Shown here: positions 10,329-20,864 of the stretch, one piece after another
Position numbering within the stretch: position 1 is the first letter of the stretch
How the letters are laid out: the number at the start of each line of letters is the position of its first letter
From: Chloroflexota bacterium
Lineage (GTDB): Bacteria > Chloroflexota > UBA6077 > JACCZL01
Length of the DNA: 64,000 bases
Direction of reading: 5' to 3'
Assembly (NCBI GenBank): GCA_020850535.1
Contig: JADZEM010000187.1
Location: forward strand, 151,840 to 215,839
Notes under the pieces: model-generated
Databases searched by the model: none
The model's input: only the letters and a program-made list of their open reading frames with translations
Told to the model about the DNA's origin: nothing
Position numbers and translations under genes: made by a program

Positions 10329-11117
10329 ATGGCGAAGATCAAGATCGGCGTACAGATCCGTCCGCAGCACACCACCTGGGAGGCGTACCGCGATGCCTGG
10401 CTCTGGGCGGACCAGGCAGGCGTGGACGTCATCTACAACTGGGACCACTTCTTCCCGCTCTTCGGCACCTGGGATGGCAACCCTCACCAGGGCGACCATC
10501 TGGAGCCGTGGACGCTGCTCGCGGCGCTCGGAGCGCAGACGAAGCAGGCCGCCGTCAGCTGCCTCGTGCTCTGCATGGGCTACCGCAACCCGGCCCTGCT
10601 GTCGAACATGGCCAAGACCATGGATCTCATCACGGACGGACGGTTCGTGCTGGGCATCGGCGCCGGCTGGGCACAACGGGACTACGACGAGTTCGGCTTC
10701 GAGTTCGGGACGCCCGGCAGCCGGCTCAAGCACCTCGAAGAGGGGCTCGCCATCATCAAGGATCGGTGGAGCAAGGACGAGCCGAAACCCGTCAACGGCA
10801 GTATTCCGATCCTGATCGGTGGGGCCGGCGAGAAGGTGACGCTGCGAATCACCGCCCAGTACGCCGACCAGTGGCACACCCACGGCACGCCTGAGGTGTT
10901 CGCCGCCAAGAGCGCCGTCCTCGACGAGTGGTGCGCCAAACTCGGGCGAGACCCGTCGACGATCGAGCGGGTCTGCGCGGCGCGCCCCGAGCAGTTCGAC
11001 ATCCTCGACCAGTACGTGAAGGTCGGCGCGACCCAGCTCATCTACGGCTGGGACGACCCGTGGAAGACGGACCAGATCGAGTGGCTGCTCAAGTGGCGCG
11101 ACGAGGCCAACGCCTGA
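10329..11117 (+). CDS. LLM-class F420-dependent (luciferase-like) oxidoreductase
   Basis: Luciferase-like monooxygenase fold signature (MAKIKIGVQI..., GIGAGW, TIM-barrel pattern). ATG 10329 is preceded by GGAGAGG. The track ORF start at 10218 lies inside repeat A and is rejected. Confidence 0.8.
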   Translation: MAKIKIGVQIRPQHTTWEAYRDAWLWADQAGVDVIYNWDHFFPLFGTWDGNPHQGDHLEPWTLLAALGAQTKQAAVSCLVLCMGYRNPALLSNMAKTMDLITDGRFVLGIGAGWAQRDYDEFGFEFGTPGSRLKHLEEGLAIIKDRWSKDEPKPVNGSIPILIGGAGEKVTLRITAQYADQWHTHGTPEVFAAKSAVLDEWCAKLGRDPSTIERVCAARPEQFDILDQYVKVGATQLIYGWDDPWKTDQIEWLLKWRDEANA

Positions 11118-11180
11118 ACGTGGGTTCTGGGTTCTGGGTTCTGGGTTCTGGGCACACTCTCCCAGAACCCAGAAAGTCCT
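11118..11180. terminator. GC-rich hairpin between convergent genes, built from a GGGTTCT heptamer microsatellite (about 4.4 copies) and its inverted partner CCCAGAACCCAGAA
   Basis: tgggttctgggttctgggttctgggttctgggcacactctcccagaacccagaa lies between the LLM stop (11117) and the cyclase stop (11179). No clear U-tract, so it may act as a structural or bidirectional terminator. Confidence 0.4.
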
Positions 11181-11793
11181 AGCGCACGACCTTGTGCGCC
11201 GTCAGGTCCAGCCCGGAGATGCTGACTGACCACGCCGCGAACGTCGCCACGCCGGCGCTCGCCACGGCCTCGTAGGCTGCCGCCGTCAGCAGGATCTCGC
11301 CACGCTCCGCCAGGTCCTCCCCCAGCTTGCACGCGATGTTCATCTCGTCGCCCCACGCGTCATCCTCGCCAACCAGCAGCATCCGCCCGTAGCCGATGCC
11401 GATGGCCACGTAGATCTCGCTGGCGGCCGGCAGTGGCTCGTTCGCGATCTCGACGTGCTGCTGGATCTCCAGTGCGCAGCGCGTCGCATCCTCCGGCCCC
11501 GTGAACAGCGCGAAGATGTTGTCCGCCTCGACGCGCAGCACGCGCCCATGATGAGCTTCGATGATCGGCCGGACCATCCGCCCGAGTCGCTCCAGCCGAG
11601 CCAGGTAGTTGACGATGCCGTGCTGGCGCACCGACCGCGAGAAGCCGCAGCTGTCCAGCACCATGATCGAGACCGGCTTGCAGAACTCGGCGTGGATCTG
11701 CGTGTCGATCTGCTCCTGCCGCTCCGGATACTCGTTGTACTGCCTCAAGAGCTCCTGCAGCCGCGACCGGCCCGGTCCAAACAGTGCGTCCAT
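11179..11793 (-). CDS. stand-alone class III adenylate/guanylate cyclase catalytic-domain protein
   Basis: 204 aa with VLDSCGFS, RVEADNIFALF and IGIGYG...WGDEMNIACKLGE blocks. These match the class III cyclase homology domain, including both metal-binding Asp positions. Confidence 0.75.
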   Translation of the reverse strand: MDALFGPGRSRLQELLRQYNEYPERQEQIDTQIHAEFCKPVSIMVLDSCGFSRSVRQHGIVNYLARLERLGRMVRPIIEAHHGRVLRVEADNIFALFTGPEDATRCALEIQQHVEIANEPLPAASEIYVAIGIGYGRMLLVGEDDAWGDEMNIACKLGEDLAERGEILLTAAAYEAVASAGVATFAAWSVSISGLDLTAHKVVR

Positions 11794-12306
11794 CAGGTCC
11801 CCCCCGCATCACCGCTTGCGTCTCCGCGTCTGGTATCCAGGCCTGAGGCGCCTCGGCGCCTTCCTCACCTATCGCCGTGACGTTCTCACCTCGGACAGGT
11901 CGTGGCTGGCCACGAACCAGTTGACGACGGTGACCGTCATCAGCACGTAGCCCAGGTACTACAGGATACGGCTGACGCGCGGCAGGGCCGTCGAGCCTGA
12001 GCTGGCCCGCCTACCGATGGTCAGCGCGTCCCAGACGATGCCGAACGCCAGGAGCCCCGTGCCACCACCGGTGCCCAGCGGGCCAGCCGCTCTTCCGCGA
12101 TCCCCGTGACCCAGTAACCCGCCTGCGACCGTCGGCGGCCAGTCCATGCTATCGCCCGCATGGTAGACCACGGCTGGCGAAGGCCGGCAGCCAGCTGCGT
12201 TACACGATCCTGTCGAATCGGAAACAGGTCAGACGTGTCGGTCACGCTGGCGCGAACGCCGCTCCGTGACGCAGCCGCGCGCCGGCGGCCACGTCGAGAC
12301 CGCCCC

Positions 12307-13956
12307 CTATGCCGGCGAATCACCCCGGGCACCCAGGATATCGGCGGCCTGCAGCGCGGCTCGGTAGACATCTGCCAGCGGGACACCGTGCTGGCGGGCC
12401 AGCGCCGAGCAATCCTCGTACTCGGGCGAGGCGGTGGCTCGCTCGTCGAGCAGCTTGAGCTTGACGCGCACCTCACCGTACGGTGTGAGGACGGTCTCGA
12501 CGCGCCGCCGAACGATGAGCCGCTCGGCGCGCGTCATGCGGACCCCGAACGTCGAGGTCTCGCGGAGGATCAGGCCGGCCAGCTCTCGGGCCTGCTCGGG
12601 CCGCGCGATCGCCGCCAGCAGCACGCCCGGGCGGTGCTTCTTCATCTGGAGGGCCGTGAAGGAGACGTCGAGCGCCCCGGCCGCGAGCAGCAACTCCATG
12701 GCGTAGCCGAGCTGTTCAGGCGTGCTGTCGTCCAGGTTGGCCTCGATGACGGTGACCTCGTCGGCGACCAGGGAGTCACCTCCCACCCCCCGACCCCCTC
12801 CCCCGCACGCGGGAGAGGGGGGGTCCGCGCACGACATCTGGCCCTCCCAACTCTCCGCGCCAGATAGCCGAGCTGGGGGGGTGAGGTTACGCGATGGTCC
12901 TGAGGCGGCGAGGTTCCCCTGCGAAGTTGGCGGGGCCACCTCCTCCGGGTGGGCGAGGGCTGTGCGTTCGGCCGCCCGAACTGGCGGCGAGAGGCGCGGC
13001 GGTCCCGGCGTCCAACGCTCGCCCAGCCAGATCCGCACACAGTTCGGCCACGGCAATTCCTTCGTGCCGTAGCCGTACCCGACCCGTCGCACCCGCATCA
13101 TTGGCTGCTCGAAGGTCGCAAGCTCGGCCAGCAGCGCCGCGCCGGTCGGCGTGACCAGTTCTCCCAGGACGGGCGCCGGGCGCGTCGGCGCGGCCACCCC
13201 GGCCAGGATCTCCAACGTGGCTGGCGGCGGGGCTGGCAACAGCCCGTGCTCCATCCGGACCGTCCCGCCGGGCAGCGGCAGGCTCGACGCGTAGACCTCG
13301 CGGATACCCAGCGTGTGCAGCCCGATCAGGTTGCCGACGATGTCCACGAGAGAATCGACCGCCCCGACCTCGTGAAAGTGGATCTGCTCGGGCGTGGTGT
13401 TGTGGATCCTGGCCTCGGCGCGGGCCAGCCGCCAGAACACGGCCACCGCCTTTGTGCGGACCCACGCCGGCAGGGCGCTCCGTTCGAGCATCGCCAGGAT
13501 ATCGCCGAGGCCGCGCGAGGGCTGCACCCGCTCGTCGATGAGCACATCGAACTTGGTGCCGGAGACGCCGAACGACTGCTTCGTCGCTACGCTCAGCTCG
13601 TAGCCGGACAGGTCGAGCGCCGCCAATCCCTCTCGCAGCACGTCGAGCGACAGTCCGGCATCGAGCTGCGCGCCCAGCAGCATGTCGCCGGCCACGCCGC
13701 TGAAGCAGTCCACGTACAGAAGCGGGGTCCGGAGCTCACTCGGGGCGCGCGGCGTCCAGGACGAAAGGATCGAGCGACCCGCACTGGCCGGCGCAGACGG
13801 CGCAGCGTCTGCTGGTGGCTGCTGCTCGTGCGGGTGCGGCTCTGCATGCCCGGGCACCTGCGGCGCCTGATTCTCGCGCGGGTGCGGATGGTCGTGCGGC
13901 TGCCGCCGCGGCTCCGGGTGCGGATGACCGTGGCCGTGCTCGTCCATCTCGCTCAT
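12307..13956 (-). CDS. larC: LarC-family nickel insertion protein (DUF111) with His-rich N-terminal extension and a low-complexity internal linker
   Basis: LLYVDCFSGVAGDMLLGAQLDAGL N-domain signature of LarC. Residues 1-45 contain 11 His (HGHGHPHP...HDHPHP...HPH). The ATG overlaps the folC stop as ATGA. Confidence 0.8.
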   Translation of the reverse strand: MSEMDEHGHGHPHPEPRRQPHDHPHPRENQAPQVPGHAEPHPHEQQPPADAAPSAPASAGRSILSSWTPRAPSELRTPLLYVDCFSGVAGDMLLGAQLDAGLSLDVLREGLAALDLSGYELSVATKQSFGVSGTKFDVLIDERVQPSRGLGDILAMLERSALPAWVRTKAVAVFWRLARAEARIHNTTPEQIHFHEVGAVDSLVDIVGNLIGLHTLGIREVYASSLPLPGGTVRMEHGLLPAPPPATLEILAGVAAPTRPAPVLGELVTPTGAALLAELATFEQPMMRVRRVGYGYGTKELPWPNCVRIWLGERWTPGPPRLSPPVRAAERTALAHPEEVAPPTSQGNLAASGPSRNLTPPARLSGAESWEGQMSCADPPSPACGGGGRGVGGDSLVADEVTVIEANLDDSTPEQLGYAMELLLAAGALDVSFTALQMKKHRPGVLLAAIARPEQARELAGLILRETSTFGVRMTRAERLIVRRRVETVLTPYGEVRVKLKLLDERATASPEYEDCSALARQHGVPLADVYRAALQAADILGARGDSPA

Positions 13957-15428
13957 GCTCCCCCCTCCACCACCTCGGTTGCCGCCTCGGTCGTAGGCGA
14001 CCCGCGTACCGGCGCCCGGCCGCGTTCGTCCTCCTCCAGCGCCTCCCCCACGACGAACAGCGAGCCGGTCACCAGCACGAGGTCGCGCGGGCCGGCCTCG
14101 GCCAGCGTCTCGCCGATGGCGTCGCGGACCTCAGGGATGATGCGCGCCTCGACGCCGCGCGCCGCCACGATCCGCGCCAGCTCGTCCAGCGGCACCGAGC
14201 GCTCGTGGTGCGAGCGGGTCAGCGTCACGCCGTCCATGATGGGCAGCAGCGCGTCGAGCATCCGTGTCACGTCCTTCCCGACCGACGTGCCAAAGACCAG
14301 CCGCCGGCGCTCGCTGGGGAAGCACTCGGACACGGCCTCCGCCAGCCGCCGCGCCGAGTCGCCGTTGTGCGCGCCGTCCAGCACGAGCCAGGGCGACGAC
14401 CGCAGCACCTGGAGTCGGCCCGGCCAGCGGACCGACGCCAGCCCGCTCCGGACGGCGCTCGCCAGGGCCGGCAACCCGGGCGATGCCGCCCGCGGCCCGG
14501 CGCTCGCCCCTGCGCCGAGGGGACGGGGAGCATCGGGCTGCCGCGGGATGTCGGTCACCAGGGCCACAGCCAGGGCGGCGTTCTCGCGCTGGTGCCGCCC
14601 GAGCAGCGGCGTCTGCAAGCGCCGAAACGTCCCGCGCGGCCCCGCCACCACAAACGTCCCGCAGCCGGCCCCACCGTCCTCGGGATGCCACTGCCACTCC
14701 TGCCCGACCATCTCCAGGCGCGCGCCGCTCGCCTCGGCGGCCCGGTCGATCACTGCCTGGGCCTCAGCGGGCTGCCGCGCCGAGGCGGCGAGGCGGCCCG
14801 CTCGAAACACGCCCGTCTTCTCCCTCGTGATGTGGGTGAGGGTCGGCCCAAGGGTCGCCATGTGGTCGTAGCTGACGGGCGTAAGCGCCACGGCGAGCGG
14901 ATCGAGCACATTCGTGGCGTCATGGAGGCCGCCCACCCCCGCCTCGACCACGGCGATCTGCACGCCGGCCGCGACGAATGCCAGCAGCGCGAAGGCGAAG
15001 CCGGCCTCGAACGTGGTGGCCTGCCCGAGGTCTGGCCGCTCGTGCCCGAGCCGATCCACCGCCTCGCGGATCGCCGGCATCAGCCGCGCCACGGTGGACG
15101 GCTCGACATCCTGCCCGTCGATGCGGGTCCGCTCGCACCAGCTGGTCAGGTGCGGCGACGAGACCATCCCGACCGCGTAGCCGGCCGCGCGCAGCATCGA
15201 CTCGGTATACGCCGCCACCGAGCCCTTCCCCTTGGTCCCGGCGACCAGGACGCTGGCAAGCTGCCGGTCGGGGCCGCCCAGCAGGTCGAGCAGCGCGCGC
15301 GTCCTGGCGAGCTTGCGCGGATGGTCGGCCACGATCTGCGCGGCGGTGCGGATGTTCGGCGAGAGGCCGTACAGCCAGTGCAGCGCATCCTGGTAGGCTG
15401 GGTCAGGGATCGCGGAGTCGGCTCGCAT
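13953..15428 (-). CDS. folC: bifunctional folylpolyglutamate synthase / dihydrofolate synthase
   Basis: Mur-ligase family P-loop VAGTKGKGS and the FolC domain layout. Confidence 0.85.
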   Translation of the reverse strand: MRADSAIPDPAYQDALHWLYGLSPNIRTAAQIVADHPRKLARTRALLDLLGGPDRQLASVLVAGTKGKGSVAAYTESMLRAAGYAVGMVSSPHLTSWCERTRIDGQDVEPSTVARLMPAIREAVDRLGHERPDLGQATTFEAGFAFALLAFVAAGVQIAVVEAGVGGLHDATNVLDPLAVALTPVSYDHMATLGPTLTHITREKTGVFRAGRLAASARQPAEAQAVIDRAAEASGARLEMVGQEWQWHPEDGGAGCGTFVVAGPRGTFRRLQTPLLGRHQRENAALAVALVTDIPRQPDAPRPLGAGASAGPRAASPGLPALASAVRSGLASVRWPGRLQVLRSSPWLVLDGAHNGDSARRLAEAVSECFPSERRRLVFGTSVGKDVTRMLDALLPIMDGVTLTRSHHERSVPLDELARIVAARGVEARIIPEVRDAIGETLAEAGPRDLVLVTGSLFVVGEALEEDERGRAPVRGSPTTEAATEVVEGGA

Positions 15429-15591
15429 CTACCGTGCGAGTATACCGGGGCATCGCGGTGGCCGCGCCGGACTCGCAGCGGGGCGGGGGGTGAGGGGCCA
15501 TCCCGGCGGTGAGGGGTTTCCGAACGGCCAACCGGCTACCATAGCCCCACCGGCGCGCCGCCGCGCCCGACCGTCTGCCGCAGGAGGCTCC

Positions 15592-16506
15592 ATGAGCGCC
15601 ACCGTCGTCCTCGATCCCAGGCTCGCAGACCTGGTTGACCCATCGGCCACACCCGAGCAGATCGCCAGCGGCTGTGTCTTCACCGAGGGACCGCTCTGGA
15701 GCCACCGCGACCAGTGGCTGACCTTCAGCGACGTACGCGGCAACACGATGTACCGCTGGACCGAGTCGGGCGGCCAACAGGTCTTCCGGAAGCCGAGTCA
15801 GGTCGCGAACGGGAACACCTACGATCTCGGGCACAACATCGTCACCTGCGAGCACCAGGGCCGGCGCGTGTCGCGGACGTCCCCCGATGGCCGCATCGAG
15901 ACGGTCGTGGACCGCTACGACGGCAAGCGGCTGAACAGCCCCAACGACGTGATCTGCCTCGCGAACGGCGACCTGATCTTCACCGATCCGCCGTACGGCC
16001 TGCGTCAGCCGGACGGGACGTTCGCACCCGGCGAGACGCCATTCAACGGCGTCTATCGGGTGTCGGCGTCGGACGGCAGCATCCGGCTGCTGGTGGACGA
16101 CTTCGAGCGCCCGAACGGCCTCGTCCTCAGGGACGACGGCCGCACGCTGTTGATCGACGACACGGACCGCCACCACGTCCGCGCGTTCGACGTGAACGAC
16201 GACGGCAGCCTGAGCAACGATCGGGTCTTCGCGGAAGTCACCTACGGCAGCACGGTCGGCCGGCCGGACGGCATGAAGCTGGACGTGCTCGGCAACCTCT
16301 ACGTGACGGCGAACACGGAGGACGGCCTGTGGGTCTACGCGCCAGACGGCGCTCCGCTCGGGTTCATCGGCACGCCCGAGCCGCCGGCTAACTGCGCCTG
16401 GGGCGGCCCTGGGAATCGGATGCTGTTCATCACGGCGAACACCGGCGTCTACCGTCTGACCATGAAGGTGTCAGGTCAGGCGATCCACGCCAACCAGCCG
16501 GCGTAG
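15592..16506 (+). CDS. SMP-30/gluconolactonase/LRE family protein
   Basis: Six-bladed propeller lactonase motifs (EGPLW, NSPND, FTDPPYG, PNGL). ATG 15592 preceded by CAGGAGG; the upstream part of the track ORF is rejected. Confidence 0.8.
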   Translation: MSATVVLDPRLADLVDPSATPEQIASGCVFTEGPLWSHRDQWLTFSDVRGNTMYRWTESGGQQVFRKPSQVANGNTYDLGHNIVTCEHQGRRVSRTSPDGRIETVVDRYDGKRLNSPNDVICLANGDLIFTDPPYGLRQPDGTFAPGETPFNGVYRVSASDGSIRLLVDDFERPNGLVLRDDGRTLLIDDTDRHHVRAFDVNDDGSLSNDRVFAEVTYGSTVGRPDGMKLDVLGNLYVTANTEDGLWVYAPDGAPLGFIGTPEPPANCAWGGPGNRMLFITANTGVYRLTMKVSGQAIHANQPA

Positions 16507-16639
16507 ACGGTCCTCACGGCTTCCCAGTCCGCCACACAGAGCAGAACTTCGCCACGCTCCCCCGTACTCTGCTCGTCATTTCGGCCGCGACGCGCAATGA
16601 ACATCCCCGCCCTGACAACCGCAGTGCAGCGCGAAACAA

Positions 16640-16806
16640 CCATCCCAAGGTTGTCCCGACCGAAACGAGGGATGAACTTCCCTCCGTCATCCCGACCGTA
16701 GCGAGGAACGAGCGAAGCGGAGGGATCTTCTCCCTCTGTCCGGCACATTTCAGGCAGGGAAGATCCCTCGACTTCGTTCGCAGGCTCACTTCGCTCGGGC
16801 TGACCC
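16640..16806. repeat. imperfect-palindromic intergenic repeat element, family copy B (plus a partial extra arm at 16651-16685)
   Basis: gtcatcccgaccgtagcgaggaacgagcgaagcggagggatcttc ... gaagatccctcgacttcgttcgcaggctcacttcgctcgggctgac. The right half is about 85% identical to copy A. Confidence 0.7.
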
Positions 16807-16822
16807 GGTTCAGCGCACGTGC

Positions 16823-17095
16823 GTGTCGACGCCTCGCTACGACACGCCGTATCGTGAACGCATGGACTCGCTGCCCTCGCGCATCACCATCGATTCGAAC
16901 ATCTGCCACGGCAAGCCGGTGATTCGCGGTCTGCGCTATCCCGTGCAGTCGATGCTGGAGTGCCTAGCTGGCGGCGACTCCATCGAGGACATTGTGGCCG
17001 CGTTCCCTGACCTGAAGCGCGGCGATCTCCTCACCTGCCTGGAGTTCGCGGCGCGCTCGCTTGAGGTCAAGCGCTCGCACCTGACGGCGGCGTGA
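16823..17095 (+). CDS. DUF433 domain protein (antitoxin-like partner of DUF5615 PIN-like toxins)
   Basis: ITIDSNICHGKPVIRGLRYPV...AGGDSIEDIVAAFPDLKRGDLLTCLEFAA matches the DUF433 consensus. The true start may be the internal ATG at 16862. Confidence 0.7.
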   Translation: MSTPRYDTPYRERMDSLPSRITIDSNICHGKPVIRGLRYPVQSMLECLAGGDSIEDIVAAFPDLKRGDLLTCLEFAARSLEVKRSHLTAA

Positions 17096-17190
17096 AGTTC
17101 ATGATCGATGCCCGGCATCCCCAAGAAGGAAATACCCAGAGCGATTTCGGATTGACGGCCCGCCGCCACGCCCGTATACTCCCCCACTAG
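17092..17190 (+). pseudogene. degenerate remnant of a DUF5615-type toxin gene (32 codons)
   Basis: GTG overlaps the DUF433 stop (GTGA), as in intact DUF433/DUF5615 pairs. Translation VKFMIDARHPQ... resembles the MKxLxDENLP N-terminus of DUF5615, then diverges and stops at 17190. Confidence 0.3.
17152..17180 (+). promoter_or_regulatory. sigma-70-like promoter (TTGACG-17 nt-TATACT) driving the T-box leader and trpS-trp operon
   Basis: TTGACG at 17152-17157 and TATACT at 17175-17180 with a 17-nt spacer. Located inside the decayed toxin remnant, about 440 nt upstream of trpS. Confidence 0.5.
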
Positions 17191-17545
17191 ACACAACCGC
17201 ATACTCAAAGACTGCGAACGGGACGAGTACCCGTCAGCGAGCGCCTCAGAGAGCCGGGGTTGGTGTGAACCGGTGGCGCAGACGGCGGCGAATGGACCCG
17301 GGAGTCGCGATCCGAACGCGCAGGACGGTCACCCGCTGACCGACAGGCACCAAGTAGGCATCGCCGGAGTTGCCACCGTTATCAGGGTGTAGGGCATCGC
17401 CGTGAGGCCGGCAGCAGCACGCTGCAAGGTTCAGGGCCGCGCCCGCGAAGGGCTTGTCACGCAGTCCCCTGCACGACGGCCGAAACAGGGTGGCACCACG
17501 AGACGCCCCTCGTCCCTGGCTGGACGAGGGGCGTTTGCCGTTCAC
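17187..17545 (+). promoter_or_regulatory. T-box riboswitch leader (probable Trp specifier UGG) with intrinsic terminator
   Basis: T-box consensus AGGGUGGcACCaCG at 17487-17500. Immediately followed by a perfect 12-bp terminator stem (cgcccctcgtcc/ggacgaggggcg, 17504-17533) and UUUGCCGUU. A stem I-like AGAGA motif lies near 17255 and a candidate specifier gaaUGGa at 17293-17295. An aminoacyl-tRNA synthetase gene follows. Confidence 0.55.
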
Positions 17546-17619
17546 ACAGGATCTCGCTCTGCCTCCCTCTCCGCCCCGGAGATCGGAACACGGCGAGGTC
17601 AGCGGAGGGGTGCTACCAG

Positions 17620-18671
17620 ATGACCGCAGGTTCTCAGGCCAAGAAGGGCCGCATTCTCACTGGCGACCGGCCCACCGGCAAGCTCCACCTGGGGCACTAC
17701 GTCGGCTCGCTCGCCAACCGCGTCAAGCTCCAGGACACCTACGACTGCTACTTCATCGTCGCCGACTACCACGCGCTGACCACCCGCTTCGACAACCCCC
17801 GCGACATCGGCGAGAACGTCCATGAGCTGGTGCTCGACTACCTGAGCGTCGGCATGGACCCCGACAAGAGCGTCATCTACCTGCAGTCGCTCGTCCCCGA
17901 GACCTGCGAGCTCCACTTGCTGTTCAGCATGCTCGTCTCGGTGCCGAGGCTGGAGCGCCTTCCCACGCTCAAGGACGTCGTGCGCGATCTCAAGCTGGAG
18001 ACGGCCTCGTACGGGCTGCTCGGCTACCCGGTGCTCCAAAGTGCTGACATCCTGATCGTGCGGGGCAACCTCGTGCCGGTCGGCAAGGACCAGTCGTCGC
18101 ACATCGAGATCACCCGCGAGATCGGTCGCCGCTTCAACGACCTCTACGGCGAAGTCTTCCCCATCGCCGAGGCGCTCATCGGCGACGTGCCCACCCTCGT
18201 CGGGATCGATGGCAAGGCCAAGATGAGCAAGAGCCTCAACAATGCCATCATGCTGGCCGACTCGCCCGAGGAGGTCAAGCGCAAGGTCATGGGGATGTAC
18301 ACCGACCCGACCCGCCTGCGCGCCACCGATCCGGGGACGGTCGAGGGCAACCCCGTCTTCCAGTACCACGACGCCTTCAACCCGAACCTGGACGAGGTCA
18401 ACGACCTGAAGGACCGCTACCGCGTCGGGAAGGTCGGCGACGTCGAGGTCAAGCGCAAGCTGATCGCCGCCCTGGAGAACTTCCTCGAGCCGATCCGCGA
18501 GCGCCGCGCCAAGGTCGAGAGCCAGCCCGGCCTGGTGGACGACGTCATCGCCGAGGGCAGCCGCAAGGCTCGCCGCGAGGCCGAGGAGACGATCCGCATG
18601 GCCCGAGACGCCATGGGCATCAACTACTTCGCCAGCGAGCGGCCGGACATGGCCGGATCACGGAGGGGCTG

Positions 18672-18672
<1 letters not shown>
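17620..18672 (+). CDS. trpS: tryptophan--tRNA ligase
   Basis: Class I aaRS HIGH-like (GKLHLGHYVG) and KMSKS motifs with the TrpS-specific layout. Confidence 0.9.
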
Positions 18673-20860
<2,188 letters not shown>

Positions 20861-20864
20861 GGCG

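Noticed and set aside
12800-12900. Phase-variable switch via C6-7/G7 homopolymer runs inside larC
   Set aside because: The runs are in a coding linker where a 1-nt slip would simply truncate the protein. There is no promoter context, and runs of this length are not rare at 70% GC. Noted only as a minor possibility.
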